A DNA stretch of 64,000 bases from contig NC_092670.1 of NCBI RefSeq assembly GCF_964355755.1, forward strand, positions 11,146,795-11,210,794. The letters are read 5' to 3'. Within the stretch, counting starts at the first letter, position 1, and each line of letters opens with the position of its first letter. The position numbers were made by a program, and so were the translations under genes. The notes below the pieces were generated by a model. The model worked only from the letters and a program-made list of their open reading frames with translations, did no database searches and was not told the origin of the DNA. Source of the DNA: Antedon mediterranea (taxonomy: Eukaryota > Animalia > Echinodermata). This document shows, piece after piece, positions 40,089-54,000 of this stretch.

Positions 40089-40124
40089 CACAAATTAGTG
40101 ATGATGGTTAAAAGAGCACCATAG
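40089..40124 (+). pseudogene. Orphan FReD C-terminal fragment
   Basis: gtgatgatggttaaaagagcaccatag = VMMVKRAP*, matching paralog ends. Confidence 0.7.
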
Positions 40125-42324
40125 AGAGTTTTCATTATCACTTTGACTGTCAAATATTTGATCTGTTTAAAAGACACTATACTATATAGTCGCAATAAAA
40201 TGCAGTGTGCGACCTTAAATTAGGTTAAAAAAAATTAAGGTGAAGTTTGGGTTTTACACTTTTTTCCAAGCCAAGATGCTTTCGGCTAAAATAACTAATT
40301 TGTCTTGACGCTATATTAGGTAATCTATCCACGCACCTTATCACAACATTTTCTTTCCTTATGCAACAGTTGTGTGGAGTCACAGTCCACAAAATAACAA
40401 TAGTTATCAATAATAAGAAAACAACCCGAATAAATATTTTACACACAAGTTGATTGTCATTTGAATGGAGGATTGTGGGTCACATGATATTAAATAAATG
40501 TTTTATGTAACGCATATAACATTGCACTCTTGACGTCATTAGAGTGCAATCTGGTTTTGTAGGCCTACTTTAATTTTGTTTTGCCCGTTCATTTTTGTTA
40601 CACACATGTATAAGTCTATATTATTTTTTTTATTTAGTTGATGAAATGGCATACCACAGTGGTCAGCAATTTACAACCAGCAACAATGACAATGATGTTG
40701 ATGATACATACTCGTAACTGTGCTGAGGAATACAAAGGAGGTTGGTGGTACAAATCCTGTTATGGTGCAAACCTGAATGGGCTTTACCTTACCCCAGGTG
40801 TATCTAACCTCCAAGGCATCAACTGGATTGGTAGCATCAGTTTAAAAATGACAGTGATGATGGTTAAGAGGGCTGCATGATATGAAAAGACCATCAATTA
40901 ATTTAATTTCAACAACAGCAGCAATAATTTGAGATTGGTATTGCGCGTGTCTTCATCTGTTACATTTTTGGTCCAATTTTATAATTATTTCTTGATAATT
41001 ATTTATAAAATTAATAATGGAAAATTTCTTATTAATTATTTATTACCACATATATATATATCAGTTTTGATAATAATTTATTATATAAGTGACATAATAA
41101 TATAATTTATTATCACTATTAATTAAATGTTGTTATTTCTACGATTTTGCCTAAAAAACTTGATTTGTGTGTAATTTTTTTATAAACCTTTTATATTTTC
41201 ATTATCGTACCTCATTATTATACAGTGATAAAAAAACATACTGAAAGAATCTCTTATCGAAAAAGCAGTTTTTATCCTTGATTTGGTTAAAAAAATGAGA
41301 TTACATATAGCCACCATGACGTCACATAATATGCAAATTACCAAATTTTACCCACCCCCTTTGGGCAACAGTGTATTCATTGCAAAATGCAAAATAGTTT
41401 TCCGAAATAGTTGTTTTAGAATATTTTATTATTCTACGATTTTGCCCCAAAACTTTGATTTTTTTTTATAAAATTCAATTTTTATTTGCTATATGTATCT
41501 TCATCCATATCCAGTGGGAAAACAATATTCCATAAGAATTTCTTATAGAAAAAATAGTTTTTATCATAGAATTGATAAAAAAACGGGAAACTTCCAAAAT
41601 AGCTGTAATGGCGACGTCACATGACATCATTATTATGCAAATTATCTTTTTTTTTTCACTCCCAACCGTAGACCAACCTTTTACCCACAATACACAACAA
41701 ACAAAAATTACAAAATTTAAAAAACCAACCGTTTTTCATAAATAAATGTTACGCACAGAATTTTGGGACCAACACTGTGCAGTGAAAGTGTTAATGAAGA
41801 CGCATATAATAGATAATCCTATTTAAATTATTATTTTCTGAATTGGGCACACATATTTATTTTTTTCATGAATTCTCTATCTATTGTATAGTTTCTGTGT
41901 TTTTATATTGTAAAAATAATTAGAATTAATAATCAACTTAAAAATACAAATGGTGCTCTTTAATTCCCTTCTGCTCAAGATTTTTAACATCATCAGAAAA
42001 TCCTTTTCCAGATAGTCCTCATTCAAGTACAAGTATAGCTGTAGACGTACAATCAACACCGTTTCTGCATTGTGTACATAACAGTGATGATTCTCGTAAG
42101 AGGGGATGCAAAATTTTCTACATTGCATTGTGGCAGGATGTTGTTTTGTAGTGGGAACTAAGCTTTAGTGTTAACCAACCATATGGACAATTAGGAACTG
42201 TGGGGGAAACAAAAAATTCCCATTGACAGTTAAAATATATCACTGAATTTCAGATGTCACTCCGCATGTGTACATTTCTTGAATAAATGTATATAGCTTC
42301 AGTCACACTTACGGTGTTTACAAA

Positions 42325-42470
42325 AATTCTAATCTCATTCATGAATCAATTAGCTAACTACACATTGAAAAAACTGACAAATTAATCCTCTCTTGAGAGT
42401 TTGCAAAACGCGAATTACAAGAGTTCAGTTTCATCCCATTCACGAACCAAGCTAAACAAATTATAACAAC
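42325..42470 (+). promoter_or_regulatory. Orphan copy of the conserved FReD upstream module
   Basis: atctcattcatgaatcaattagctaactacacatt...catcccattcacgaa..ctaaacaaattataacaa aligns with 58640..58770 and 47930..47970. Confidence 0.55.
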
Positions 42471-42962
42471 GGGGGGAGGGGGGGGGGCAACGGGGGCTCT
42501 AGCCCCCTCGTCGGGGAGCCTAGCCCCCCCGTCGGGGAACACGGGTACTTTTTGTCGGGGAATATAAGATACAGTAAAAAACGTTCGCATTCACTTCATA
42601 TAGCTTCAGCACCTAGAAAACCACGACGTTCCATTGACTGTGAGAGTACGTCAGAGGGCTATTATGCACTTTTATGCATTCATTATTGCCAGCGATCTAA
42701 CTTACTACTAAACAATAGCTAGGTTCGCACTTGTTCTAGGAAGTGTAGACGATGGTTCTCGGAATGATAAAAATGTTCTCCTTGTACGTTTTCTGTCGGT
42801 TACCATTATTGAAAATGCTTGACATTCGTAAAACTAAACTACTCTGTTTCACAGTGTTTTAGATGATTAATAACATTTTAAAGTATAATGTTTATTGTTT
42901 GGTAGGGCCCTTTTGGGAGGTGGAGTTCATTGGAGGGAGGTGCTTATTCGAGGGATATATGT

Positions 42963-44438
42963 TAATTAGGTTATATGCATTATCATGCATATAACCTCTT
43001 GATTCTGTCAAAATCTTTATTTATTTATTTATTCTTTCCTTAGCACTATTTTGTCCGTGAATTATCTTGATATCAGTTTCATCTATCTAAGTCAATTTTT
43101 CAGAGTATATTCCTTATGGCCAGGAATCGATGTGGTTATATTTTCACGATGCGTAATCAAAAATTACGCGGTCTACGCGCGATTTTACGAAATCACGTTT
43201 GTAATCATATCTTCACAAGCATGAATCACAATTAAACAAAATTTGGTACTCATAAATTTCAGGTCATATTTCATCATATGGCAATACAATTACGTGCGTA
43301 GCGCATATAACGCTTGCGTACGCGCGCTTAAAATGTTCAAAATTGTCAACATTTATTTTCGATGAAATTAGAGTACGTTTCAGGCAATTTTAAGCGTTTA
43401 AAAAATTGCCATGAGTGCGCAGATTTTTGCACGCGCACTGCGCGTTATACGTTAATGCACACTCTTTTTGTCCGATTTCGGTTGTACAACCTTTCTTTAA
43501 TAATATCATCATTTTTTATTCACTTTTCAACGCGTAATTGCCTTATACGAGCACGTCAAAAGTGACAGGCTACGCACGTGTAAGTTAACAAAATGGTGAA
43601 AATATGCTAAATTTTAAAATTAATATAGATCGTCAGAATGCTCGGGAACACATATTTTTTATTTCATTTTCTTGAAGTGTATGTATCTTATGTATGATTT
43701 ATTATTAAACTAAGGGAACAAAAGTTGATTAAGCCATAATTAATTGCATATTAAATTAAAAAAAATTCATTTCGACAATCAAACAAATTATGACATTTTC
43801 TTAGGCCAAAATAACAAACTTAACATTAACTTTCTTCCTCCAAAAGTTCATATATTAAAGTTAAAAGTATATAGTTTGACAGTGCATCATTTTTGTACAT
43901 TTTTAGAGATGTCATCATAGTAAAAAATTATAATTCATTGCGGTATGTAATAATCTATCTGCACCAAAGTGGTTACTGCATAGTAAATACACGGAGGAAT
44001 TTTTCTACAATTTTTAGACAGTTGTGTATGGCTCGTTGGTGTGTGCTCGTGTCTATGGCACTCAAGGTACCGAGATCGAGTCTCACCTTGGGAAACGAAA
44101 TAAGATTTTTTTTTTATTATCCGTATTGTTTGTTCAAATTTATTTCTTAGTGTATATATTATACACATGATTTATAATGAAATCTAGATAAAAAATAACT
44201 TATGTCTTTATTATTATGTAACAGCAAATGTGGTTTATGACATTATACGCAGAGGGATCTTTGATCGGATTGTGATACCGGCTATTGTATTCGCGTTAGC
44301 AAGGTCCTATCATATATTATAAATAATTACAGAATCTGAGAAAATCAATGAATCAAAATATCTTTTAAAAATCAATTATCTTTATTAAAATCAATGCATA
44401 TAACCTATAATTCGTCATAGTGACGAATTAAATCTAGT
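42963..44438 (+). mobile_element. HINE/Helentron-type non-autonomous element
   Basis: 5' taggttatatgcat-tatc-atgcatataacct followed by a ttat microsatellite. 3' atgcatataaccta, hairpin aattcgtcatagtgacgaatt and ctagtt end. Confidence 0.75.
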
Positions 44439-45455
44439 TTTTTTAGTTTTAATAATATGGTAACATTTATAATCAAATGAAATCCTCTAATAGATATGAA
44501 AAGTGGTAAAAAAGAAAAACAAATGCTTGGTAAATTGTAGATAACAGTGCGATGAATTCTACTACAAATAGTATAATGATTATTATTCAAAGTGATGTTT
44601 TATTGGAGAGGCGTTTATTCAAATAAATACCATCCTAATAATTATTAATACATTATTAAATTTAAACATCTTTTGAAACTAACTGCCGTGACAGAGTGGG
44701 CCCAAGAAAGAAGACATTACGGCTTGCAACATGGGCAGACATCTCGGTCCTAACGGGACACAGGTAGTCTACAGTTATTCCTGTCAACTTACTCAATCCA
44801 CTATCGGGATTTCACTCGATTTTAAACAAAATGTCTTATCATCAAATCTCTCTATGTAATTTTATAATACTATTTCCCACAATATATTCCGATTCTTTAT
44901 GGCGTATATTTAATTTGATCTTTATTAATTTGCAGTATAATTTTTATTTTTTAACTACTGTACCTTCACACATGCGCGGTCCGTTCCTAAAATAAACAAA
45001 AAACTGAAATGGCTATGCAACTAAGCTCCAGTCCTACTATCGTTTTTTTTCTTCCTTCTTCCAAAGGGACACTGTATTGATTGATGGAAAGTGCCTGTTT
45101 CCAGTCACCTTTAGGGTCAAATCTATTATTTTAACTGCTCCCTTGTGTATAAAAGAGAGAAAATAGTTGAAACCAGGTTGTTGCAAGGTGAACCCGGAAA
45201 TTACTTTGACCCACGAAGAATTGAAATTGAGTAGAAAATCTACTGTTGAAATCATAAATTGTGTTGAAAAACTCTTTATAATATCTTCCTAAGATAGAAA
45301 TATGGAACAATAGCGTCGATGTGAAAACTATAATGTTATCAAATCTACGTTTCGCGGTGCATCTGAGATAAATAAGATAGGTATCCAAGGTGGAGATTTG
45401 TACCGAAGTTTTTGCATTGTGCTCGCCTATGTCAGAATTAACCATAATTTATATA

Positions 45456-45604
45456 TAGATGAATCAAATCTGAATGGGGTTTACCATACACCAGGACCTA
45501 TTCGTTATGGCATTCCAAACAATGGCATTATTTGGTATCATTATGATGAAACTTTTAATTACAACCACAAGATGACACTGATGATGGTAAAAAGAGCAGA
45601 GTAA
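45456..45604 (+). pseudogene. Orphan 3' half of a FReD exon 4
   Basis: SNLNGVYHTPGPIRYGIPNNGIIWYHYDETFNYNHKMTLMMVKRAE*; no matching upstream exons seen. Confidence 0.8.
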
Positions 45605-46190
45605 CAATTATCATCATATTAATTGATTATTATCATTAATTTAATTGCTAGTACTTGTACAGCATTTCTGATTTTTATATGAAAGGAAATTGGTATGGTC
45701 TAATATAATTTATTTCTACCTATTTCAATAATGTAGCAGGCCATGTAAGACTAATTTCTGATTGGCTATTTAACTTTAATTAACTAGAAAAGTAGTAAAT
45801 TGATATGAGCATGGGCCATCCATCCTGTTTAACAGCTATTTAATTATCATTATTATACCTGTTATTACTATTTGTAATATTGATATCAAGTTTGCGGTAC
45901 ACCTCATGTATTAGTTCTGAAAAGAACTGTTGAGTTTCTAGTTCTGAAAAGAACTCTTGTGTTTCTACAGAAACTCAACAGTTATTTTCAGAACTGATAT
46001 CAACATTATTTTGATTTCCCCATGCAAACCTTCAAACAAAATATTTGTAATATTAATAAGTTTCATGAATAAAAGGGTCATAAAGACTCAATGAGAATCT
46101 AAACTTATTTGTACTTTCATTAGTTATAATTTCTTTACTGTACAGATGGAATATTATCCTCTTGTCTCATCTGTAAATGAGGGTGTGGGA

Positions 46191-47361
46191 CAGTGGCGTA
46201 TCCAGGATTTTGAAGTTGGGGGGGGGGGGGGCCGGGAATTGCCAATTTGCCGACAAAATTGGTGTCATTATCTGTACATACACGACGTCTCTCTGATCAA
46301 TATATGTTCTAGGATTACATAGTCATATTGTCTTATATGGGATAACGATGCAAAATTAAAACCAAACCAACATCTGTTAAGTATGTTGTATTCATATTAC
46401 AATAAAGAAAGAATTAGGAAAATTTGATTTGTAGTTTTCGAAATATAGGGTCTAAAAAATCGCCGAAAATGATCGTTTTTAGCCATGAAAGAAGTAAAAC
46501 AATTTGCGGCCTCAGTCGACAATTCTATTAACTACGCCATTTTTGGTTAAAATAATTACATATAATTACGTTTTTTAGTAATTTATTTTATATCACCATT
46601 GGAAATATAAATAAAACATGTTATTAAATGCTTATAAAATATATAAAGTTGTTTACTTAACGGAATTCGGACAAATTCATTGCTCTAACTTTGTGTAGTA
46701 ACGATCAGAGAGATTCATGGTACACGCGCGAGAGAAAACATTCCGCTGCGGGTGATTCGCATCCACCAATCAAATCAGCTAGAATCCTAAATCATTCAAC
46801 CGTGAGCAATGCCAATCGCGAGAAAGCTCAGCTTTGATTGGCTTACGATGACATCATATCACAAAATGGTGGTTTTGTAGTTGAGCCTCACGGAATATTC
46901 TGTTCCAAAAAGGAAATACATGGATATTTTTTATGGTATATGTGCTTTTTCTTTAAAAATTTTGAATAATAAAGGCCTCATATCGAGGAAAAAAAACGGG
47001 TTTTTGGCACTTATAATAAATATATCTTAGACAAAAAAGCACATGGCATGTGGAACTATATAATCTCTTAGCGTAATCTACCGCGTACGGCCGTAGGTAC
47101 GTGCTACACATTTTTTACGTGTTTCGTAATGTAATGATGATAATGAAATAAAAAATAGTTGATCTGAAGGGATCAATGATGATATGATATGTAAATAAAC
47201 AAACACTCAAAAGAATTATGTTTACAGTTCAATTATTGTCAGAATAAATAGTTTATTTTTTTCCCCGACACCTTTGTTTGCCGACGGCCGCGATGATGTG
47301 CCGACGGAAACGAAATCAGGGGGGCCCAGGCCCCCCGACCCCCCTACTGGATACGCCACTG
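46191..47361. mobile_element. hAT-type non-autonomous transposon
   Basis: TIR cagtggcgtatccag / ctggatacgccactg with 8-bp TSD gtgtggga on both sides. Confidence 0.9.
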
Positions 47362-47929
47362 GTGTGGGACATTTACCGTGGTCTGTTTATTAGAAGGAGC
47401 ACATTCGTTAGGAAAAGCTGATCATCATGCCTCTAACCTATAATAAATAAACTGGGCTAGGCTCTATACTTATGCGTTTATTATCTGGCTATAAAAGGAC
47501 TACCCTACGTAGTAGAGAAAAGCCTTTATTATATTATTACGTTCAAAAACACCTTCTTCAGAGTTGTGTACAGACGCGTTTAGGATTACTGTAGTACAGC
47601 TCTCAAATTTAGGTTGGAATGACATTTCAAATAATTTGGCATAGATATCAATGTGATATAATCTAATGACAACATTTAAGCATTCATTCATTCATATTCT
47701 TTATTAATGCACAGAAGGACTACTAGCCTCGCTAATAAATACCACACATTACCACAAGAATACAATCCTTTCTGCTGTACAAGCTTAATAAAGCGGCTTT
47801 AAAATCAATTTCAATATCAGTTTGCGAAATAATGTACCTTATCTTGGCCAAACCCTACAGTTACAAATTTTTGTTGATTTAGGTCAAGCTTAATTATAAT
47901 CCTGTCTTGTTACACAATTACAAAGTGTT

Positions 47930-48160
47930 TAATCCCATTCATGAATCAATTAGCTAAACAAATTATCAAAAATATGCAAACAATATCTGACATTCAACAT
48001 ATTGCAATTTTTAACATTCAGATTAAAAGAAACGTTTTAGTCGCGTTGATTACCATCTGATTATTCCCAAACTGATCTCTATATAAAAAAAGTAGTGATA
48101 TTACACTACATGAGACTAAAATTGTTCACCTGAGGTGCAAACAAACACTGAAAATACTTT
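47930..48160 (+). promoter_or_regulatory. Putative promoter and non-coding first exon of FReD-3
   Basis: cattcatgaatcaattagcta motif, TATAAAA near 48082, then ...ctgaggtgc... and donor GTAAGT at 48161. Same layout at 58640..58990. Confidence 0.55.
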
Positions 48161-48753
48161 GTAAGTATTACACATTACATTGATTTGGATTGATATGGAG
48201 ATTAAAGACTGAAATATTTGAAAATTTCTGAAAATTGAACACTTTAATATTTTTGTGTCTTATTAAAGTGTGTGTTTAAAATAAACACTTTTTTAAACAT
48301 TATTTCTCATTTAAAAAAAGGCATGAAATTATGTGTACAGAATATATCGGTATATTACTCTCTTATATAGCTTTGGTTTTTACTTTCAATTATAGTGCAT
48401 GCTTCTCAATGTTAGTGCCTTGAACCATGGAGGTATCCTCAATGCTTGAACTAGGACTATAATGAATCAAATGCACATTTCTCACAAATAAAAGATATAG
48501 AGCTGTTAAATTCTGTACACAATTTTCTATATTATCAAAACGATGCTATCTCCCATACGTGAAACGGAACAAGTGTAGTAAAGCTAGTGACAGAAATTTG
48601 TTTCATTACATTTCACGCCAGGGAGGGTTAGAGGTTGATTCAAAGAATCAAGATTCAAAGAATACTACCCCATTGAATGCATACTTTTTTATTATGAATT
48701 AATTACAGATCAACAAAAGAAAGAAATCAATGCGCTTCCAAGTTTCATACAAA

Positions 48754-50115
48754 ATGGATTCCAGAGTGTTTGTAATTTGCTGTATGTTAATTGTACTGGC
48801 TACCTGTGAACCAACAGAAGAAAGTTGGGACATGCGTCCCCCTGCAAGTAAGTGGGATTTGTAATCTAAAATAATCTAGGCCTATAAAAACATTTCGTTT
48901 AAAAAGAATTGCTAAAAGACAACACAAATATAACAAATACTATTAATTAATGTTAAATTTTGTAATTGTAGGGTATTTATTCCGAGATTGTGGTGAAATT
49001 TTGCAAAATCATCCTTCTACTGTGAGTGGTGATTATGTGATCAAGACAAATGATGGAAAACCTGAGTTTACTCTCTATTGTGACATGAGAAAAGATGGCG
49101 GATGGACAGTGAGTAGAAGCATAAATATATTCAGCTTTGATATTTATTGCAAATTCCTAAAACACTCACAAGAAAAATTAGCACATCATAAATACGCAAA
49201 TTAATTTCCTATAGTAATATGCTTATAAAATTCCTTTGGGTTAAGATACCATTACTAAACTGAATGATAAACAAAAAGTTATTACTATAATTGTCATTAA
49301 AATTATTATATATTACGATTCAGGTGATACAAAGAAGAAGAGATGGGTCTGTTAGTTTCTACCGTAATTGGGCCAACTACAAAGAGGGATTTGGAAACGT
49401 GAACTCAGAGTTCTGGCTTGGTAATGAACAGATCAACCGCATAACATCCGATGGTAATTTTGAGCTCTTAGTAGAGATGACTGACCATTTAAATGTAATG
49501 AAGTTTGCAAGATATTCTCACTTTCGTATTGGTACTGAGTGGTCGAACTATGCTTTGAAAATCAGTGGATACACAGGAACAGCAGGTAAATAATTTTATT
49601 GATCAATCAGGTCAATTATGGTTTTCAGCATGTATCTGACACAGTGATGTGACACTTTGTAAAAAAATTGTTTTTTTATCTGTTTTTTTAATATCTTAGA
49701 GCAAACATAATGTCTATGTATATTTTACATGCAAATGACAATGGAAGTAATTTTCCACTGATGAATGAATGAATCTAGAGTTTTCACATTTTATACAAAA
49801 ACTTCTTAAAAATTAATTTATATAAAAGATTAGTAAGTAAAATAAAGATGATTTTATTTTGTTTGTGTAGGTGACTCTATGGCATGGCATAATGGTCAAC
49901 AATTTACAACCTATGACAGAGACAATGATAAGATGTCGAGTTATAACTGTGCTGAGAAATGGAAAGGTGCTTGGTGGCACAATGCCTGTTATTATTCAAA
50001 CCTCAATGGGCGTTACCTTACAACAGGTACACATGATGGCACCGGCATCAACTGGGTTAAAACTTTTGATAAAGGTCTCAAGACAACAGTGATGATGGTT
50101 AACAGAGCACCATAA
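48754..50115 (+). CDS. Secreted single fibrinogen-domain protein FReD-3, intact
   Basis: Exons 48754-48847 ([18 protein letters not shown]), 48972-49108, 49324-49585, 49871-50115; all GT-AG and in frame. Confidence 0.93.
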
Positions 50116-50683
50116 AAAGACCTCTATTACTAATTCATTTAGGCTATAAAACATTTTAAAAGATATAGTATGTTCGGACATTTTCCCTAATAGCTTCATA
50201 TCAATTATTTGAAAAAATAAAACAAATTGTTTTACATTATATAAACATATACAAATAAACTTTATTACTGACAGTTGCTTCTTAACGTTTGTATTAATTA
50301 ATACTGTAATTACAATAAAAAATGTACTATTTCAATCGACTATGGACGAGGAACAACAAAGTATTACATCGCAATGTTTTACTGTGTTTAGTGGTATATT
50401 ATTTGTAAAAACATGAAAACAATTAATATTTTGTTACTAAATGGATAAAGAATATATTTAAAAAGTGTTCCTCTTTGCACCCATCCCCTCTCCATCCCTC
50501 AACCCTAATGTTACATACAAAATACAAATTAAGTTTGTTTAAATTTGAATCAAACAATTGGTCTCATTTTGTGACAATTAGGGTGCTAATTTTAGTTGAG
50601 TACATAAATCATCGTTCATTCCTGTATCGACATGTATTGTCCTGCGATATTATCATTACACCATCACTCTTCACTCTCTGGTG

Positions 50684-50796
50684 TACAGCACCCCCCGCTA
50701 TTTCTAGATGGTCTCCCATCCAGAAAGCAACCGGGCCCATGTTGCTAAACTTTGGTGATCTGACGAAAATCGGTGTTTCAATGCAGTATGACCGTA
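50684..50796 (-). pseudogene. 5S rRNA-derived copy (pseudogene or SINE3-like head)
   Basis: Reverse complement tacggtcatactgcattgaaacaccgattttcgtcagatcaccaaagtttagcaacatgggcccggttg...ggatgggagacc...gggtgctgta follows animal 5S rRNA over nearly its full length with several substitutions; no poly-T terminator. Confidence 0.85.
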
Positions 50797-51093
50797 TTCG
50801 ACGCAGTATGGTCACATTTGTGGGTGCCATTACGTGTACAGCCCCATTAGAGAATGTGTTCATTTTTACCCGAAGTTTTGCAAAACTTCGGGTAAATGTC
50901 ACTTAACCTCCTACTGTGACATGTGTTTATGTAAGTCCAACTTTGATAGGCAGGTCGTTAAGCCTTTTGATCATCACCGACTTCTGCTACAGTGCTAGTT
51001 TTTGCCTGACCATTAACCTTGCATACTGAAGAATATACCTTGTCCTAATCAATCAATTACAAGAGAGCTAATAAAATCACAGGGGTATAATAA

Positions 51094-54000
51094 CCCAGCT
51101 AGCAATGACACGTTGGGCCGATGTTGGTTTAAGGTCAACAGTTACGTTGGCCCAACAGCTTTATTCGACGTAGGCCCGACGTAATTTTTTTCCATCGGCC
51201 CTTAGTGGGCCCAACGTGTTGGTCAGACGTTGGTACAACGCGTTGGGCCAACGTCGGTATAACGTCATTGTTTACGTTGGCTTATGAACTTTCTGCGACG
51301 TAGGCCCGACGTAGTTTTTTCCATCGGCCCTTGGTGGGCCCAACGCGTTGGGTAGACGTTGTCCCAACGCGTTGGGCGAACGTCGGTATAACGTCAATGT
51401 TTACGTTGGCTTATCAACTTTCTGCGACGTAGTCCCGACGTATTTTTTTCCATCGTCCCTTAGTGGGCCCAACGCGTTGGGTAGACGTTGTCCTAATGCG
51501 TAGTGCCAACGTTGGCATAACGTCGCTGTTTACGTTGGCTTATCAACGTTCTGCGACGTAGGCCCGACGTAATTGATTACATCGGCCTTTAGTGGACCCA
51601 TTAGACAGACGTTGGCGCTACGTCATTGTTGCCATCTTTGGCCTAATGCGTTGGACAAACGTTGACCCAACCTCTTGGTTTATCGTCGGCTGAACGTCAT
51701 AGAATACGGTATCCCAGCTTTTGATGACGTTGGTGTAGTAGAATCAGTACATTAGATACATTTTGCAGCCCAATATGTACGTTGGAACATCGTCGGTTCA
51801 ATGACAACTTGGCGCAAAGTAACAAATATGGCATTAACCCCTGTTGTAAAAACATAGATATGATGATAAAACAATATTTTAGCACTGGGTGATTTAAACT
51901 AATTGGTTTGTAGAGTTTTGCAACTAAAACCCGATAAAAACAGACAATACCAATATTAACAAAAGTATTATGTTAAAACAACGTTTTAGCTTTGAATATT
52001 TTCAGTTACAGTTGTAACTAAAACTATTAAACAGTTGATAATACGCAAGACGCAGATATATTATTTTTAAATAATGTTTTTAATAAATATATCCTATTAT
52101 TAACAGATACCGTAGACAAAACAATTTAACTAAAATTTTACAACATCTGTTTCCTAATAGAAAAAATACCGTTTAATTTTAAAGACATAAAGTACTGTAG
52201 GTCTACATTTTATATTACTGTATAACTTTACTATTCTATACAAAATACAGTACAATAAATACATATTAAAACAACAATATTTTTTACTTAATTTCAGTCA
52301 TACCAGTCAGTAAAGACCAGTGTATTTTTCTTTGGCTTAAGACACGTTTATACTGTACAGTACTACGATAAGTAGATAAACATACTGTACATTTTTCTTA
52401 CGGAAAACAAAAGAAATCGACAAGGTTTTCAACCTAGAACTATGGGATAACTATTTATGCCATTTATGTCTTTGTATTGTGGTCAATAAGAACAATAACA
52501 TTATTATCACGATATTATTGCTCTTACTAAAACTGACGTCATCTGATTCATTGTGAAAATATTATTTTCATGAAAGACAGCATAGGCCTAAATGGTTATC
52601 CAACAATTCTAGATTGAAAATGTAATAAAGAATTCTATGGTTATTAATGTACTGTATATACCTATATAAACACAAATGTTTGTTTCTTATTAAGATCTAG
52701 CTTAAGTAGGCCTACTTCTTTTTATGTTACAATTACAATTTGCAACACCGTAAATAATTCGAACTTCAAATAGTTCTAGTTGTGTTTCTCATTCTAATTC
52801 AACATTAGTGTCCTTTATCAAATTTAAAAAGTACATATCACATCGCACATAAGATACAGTGTTCTACGACTGTAAAGCAGAGTGACGATTGGACCATTTT
52901 AGGTAAAAATTGTTGCCACGTCATCCGGTTTTATACTGGTATATTTCTGTAAAAAAATTATTAACGATATGATAGAAATGATAAATAAGAAATAAGAAAG
53001 GGATAAATTATATTTTGCTTAAATTGTCAGTGTAGTAGGCTACATCTTAGCTTCATAAAACTACAGACAGGCATGCAATATCAAATGGCGATTAATAAAA
53101 TATGTGATTATATTTAGCAGTATTAAGATATCCTATAACTATAACATAGAAATGAATACATATTACAATACTCTAATAATCACAAGAGGTATAAATTAAT
53201 CAATACGTATTTATTTTATTTTACGAATATTTTGATATTCAAGGTAATAGCTATATTTTAAGTAACGTATTTAAACATCAAAACTATAAAGAAGTGGTTA
53301 CACTCAGAGGTATTACAAGAATATGAATAATAGGCCTACAGTACTGTTACACCGGTTCACTCAATGGCAAAACGGTGATGTAAAACTTGGATATATATCA
53401 ATTGTACGATTTGTAATCAACAAAAACATTTTAAACTAACCTAAAGTTTAAAAATACAAAATCTTACCAGCAAAATAATAACAAGCAACATTAACTGAAG
53501 AGCAAGATATGATAGCAGACGTACCAATTCAAAATTCAAATAGACTTCCGTTGTTAGGCAAAGTACAGTTAAGTGAATGGAATGTGACCTATGTTCTCCC
53601 ATTAGAGTAATTAATGTCACTCGTAGTGGCTAAAACAATATAATTAATAGTTTTTATCAGAGGAGGGCTCTCTGTATTCTGGTTCCCTGGTTTTAGTTAT
53701 ATGGTATACCTGAGTACATCTCACTGAAGAGTCCTTAATTACAAATTTTAACTCCAACTACATGATGCTTCTATTTGAGTTGATGTCCAAGAGTTGGGAT
53801 GACGTATGGAATCCAACCGAATGTATAACTATCAGCCAATTATGATATGTTTGACGTTCGGCTGACGTTGGATCAACAACTTGCTATCGTTGATCCAACA
53901 ACTATGGAGACGTTAAATCAATGAAAATTTGTCAATGTCAAGTAGATGACATTAGACAGCACTTGTTTTTTGTAAAAATCCAAACGGTGGGCTGACGTTA

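Larger units (their letters stand above)
37128..40880 (+). pseudogene. FReD-2 pseudogene
   Basis: Exon 1 relic 37128-37198 (ATG TAT TCC AGT TAT TAG, deletion relative to paralogs). Exons 39119-39258 and 39506-39767 are open. Exon 4 (40638-40880) is frameshifted near 40710, giving an in-frame TAA just before [11 protein letters not shown]. Confidence 0.8.

Noticed and set aside
45037-45445. Minus-strand ORFs as a possible Penelope-like coding remnant
   Set aside because: Resemblance too weak to call without a profile search.
50475-50906. 143-aa and 97-aa ORFs
   Set aside because: Overlap the 5S-derived copy and a palindrome; no protein features.
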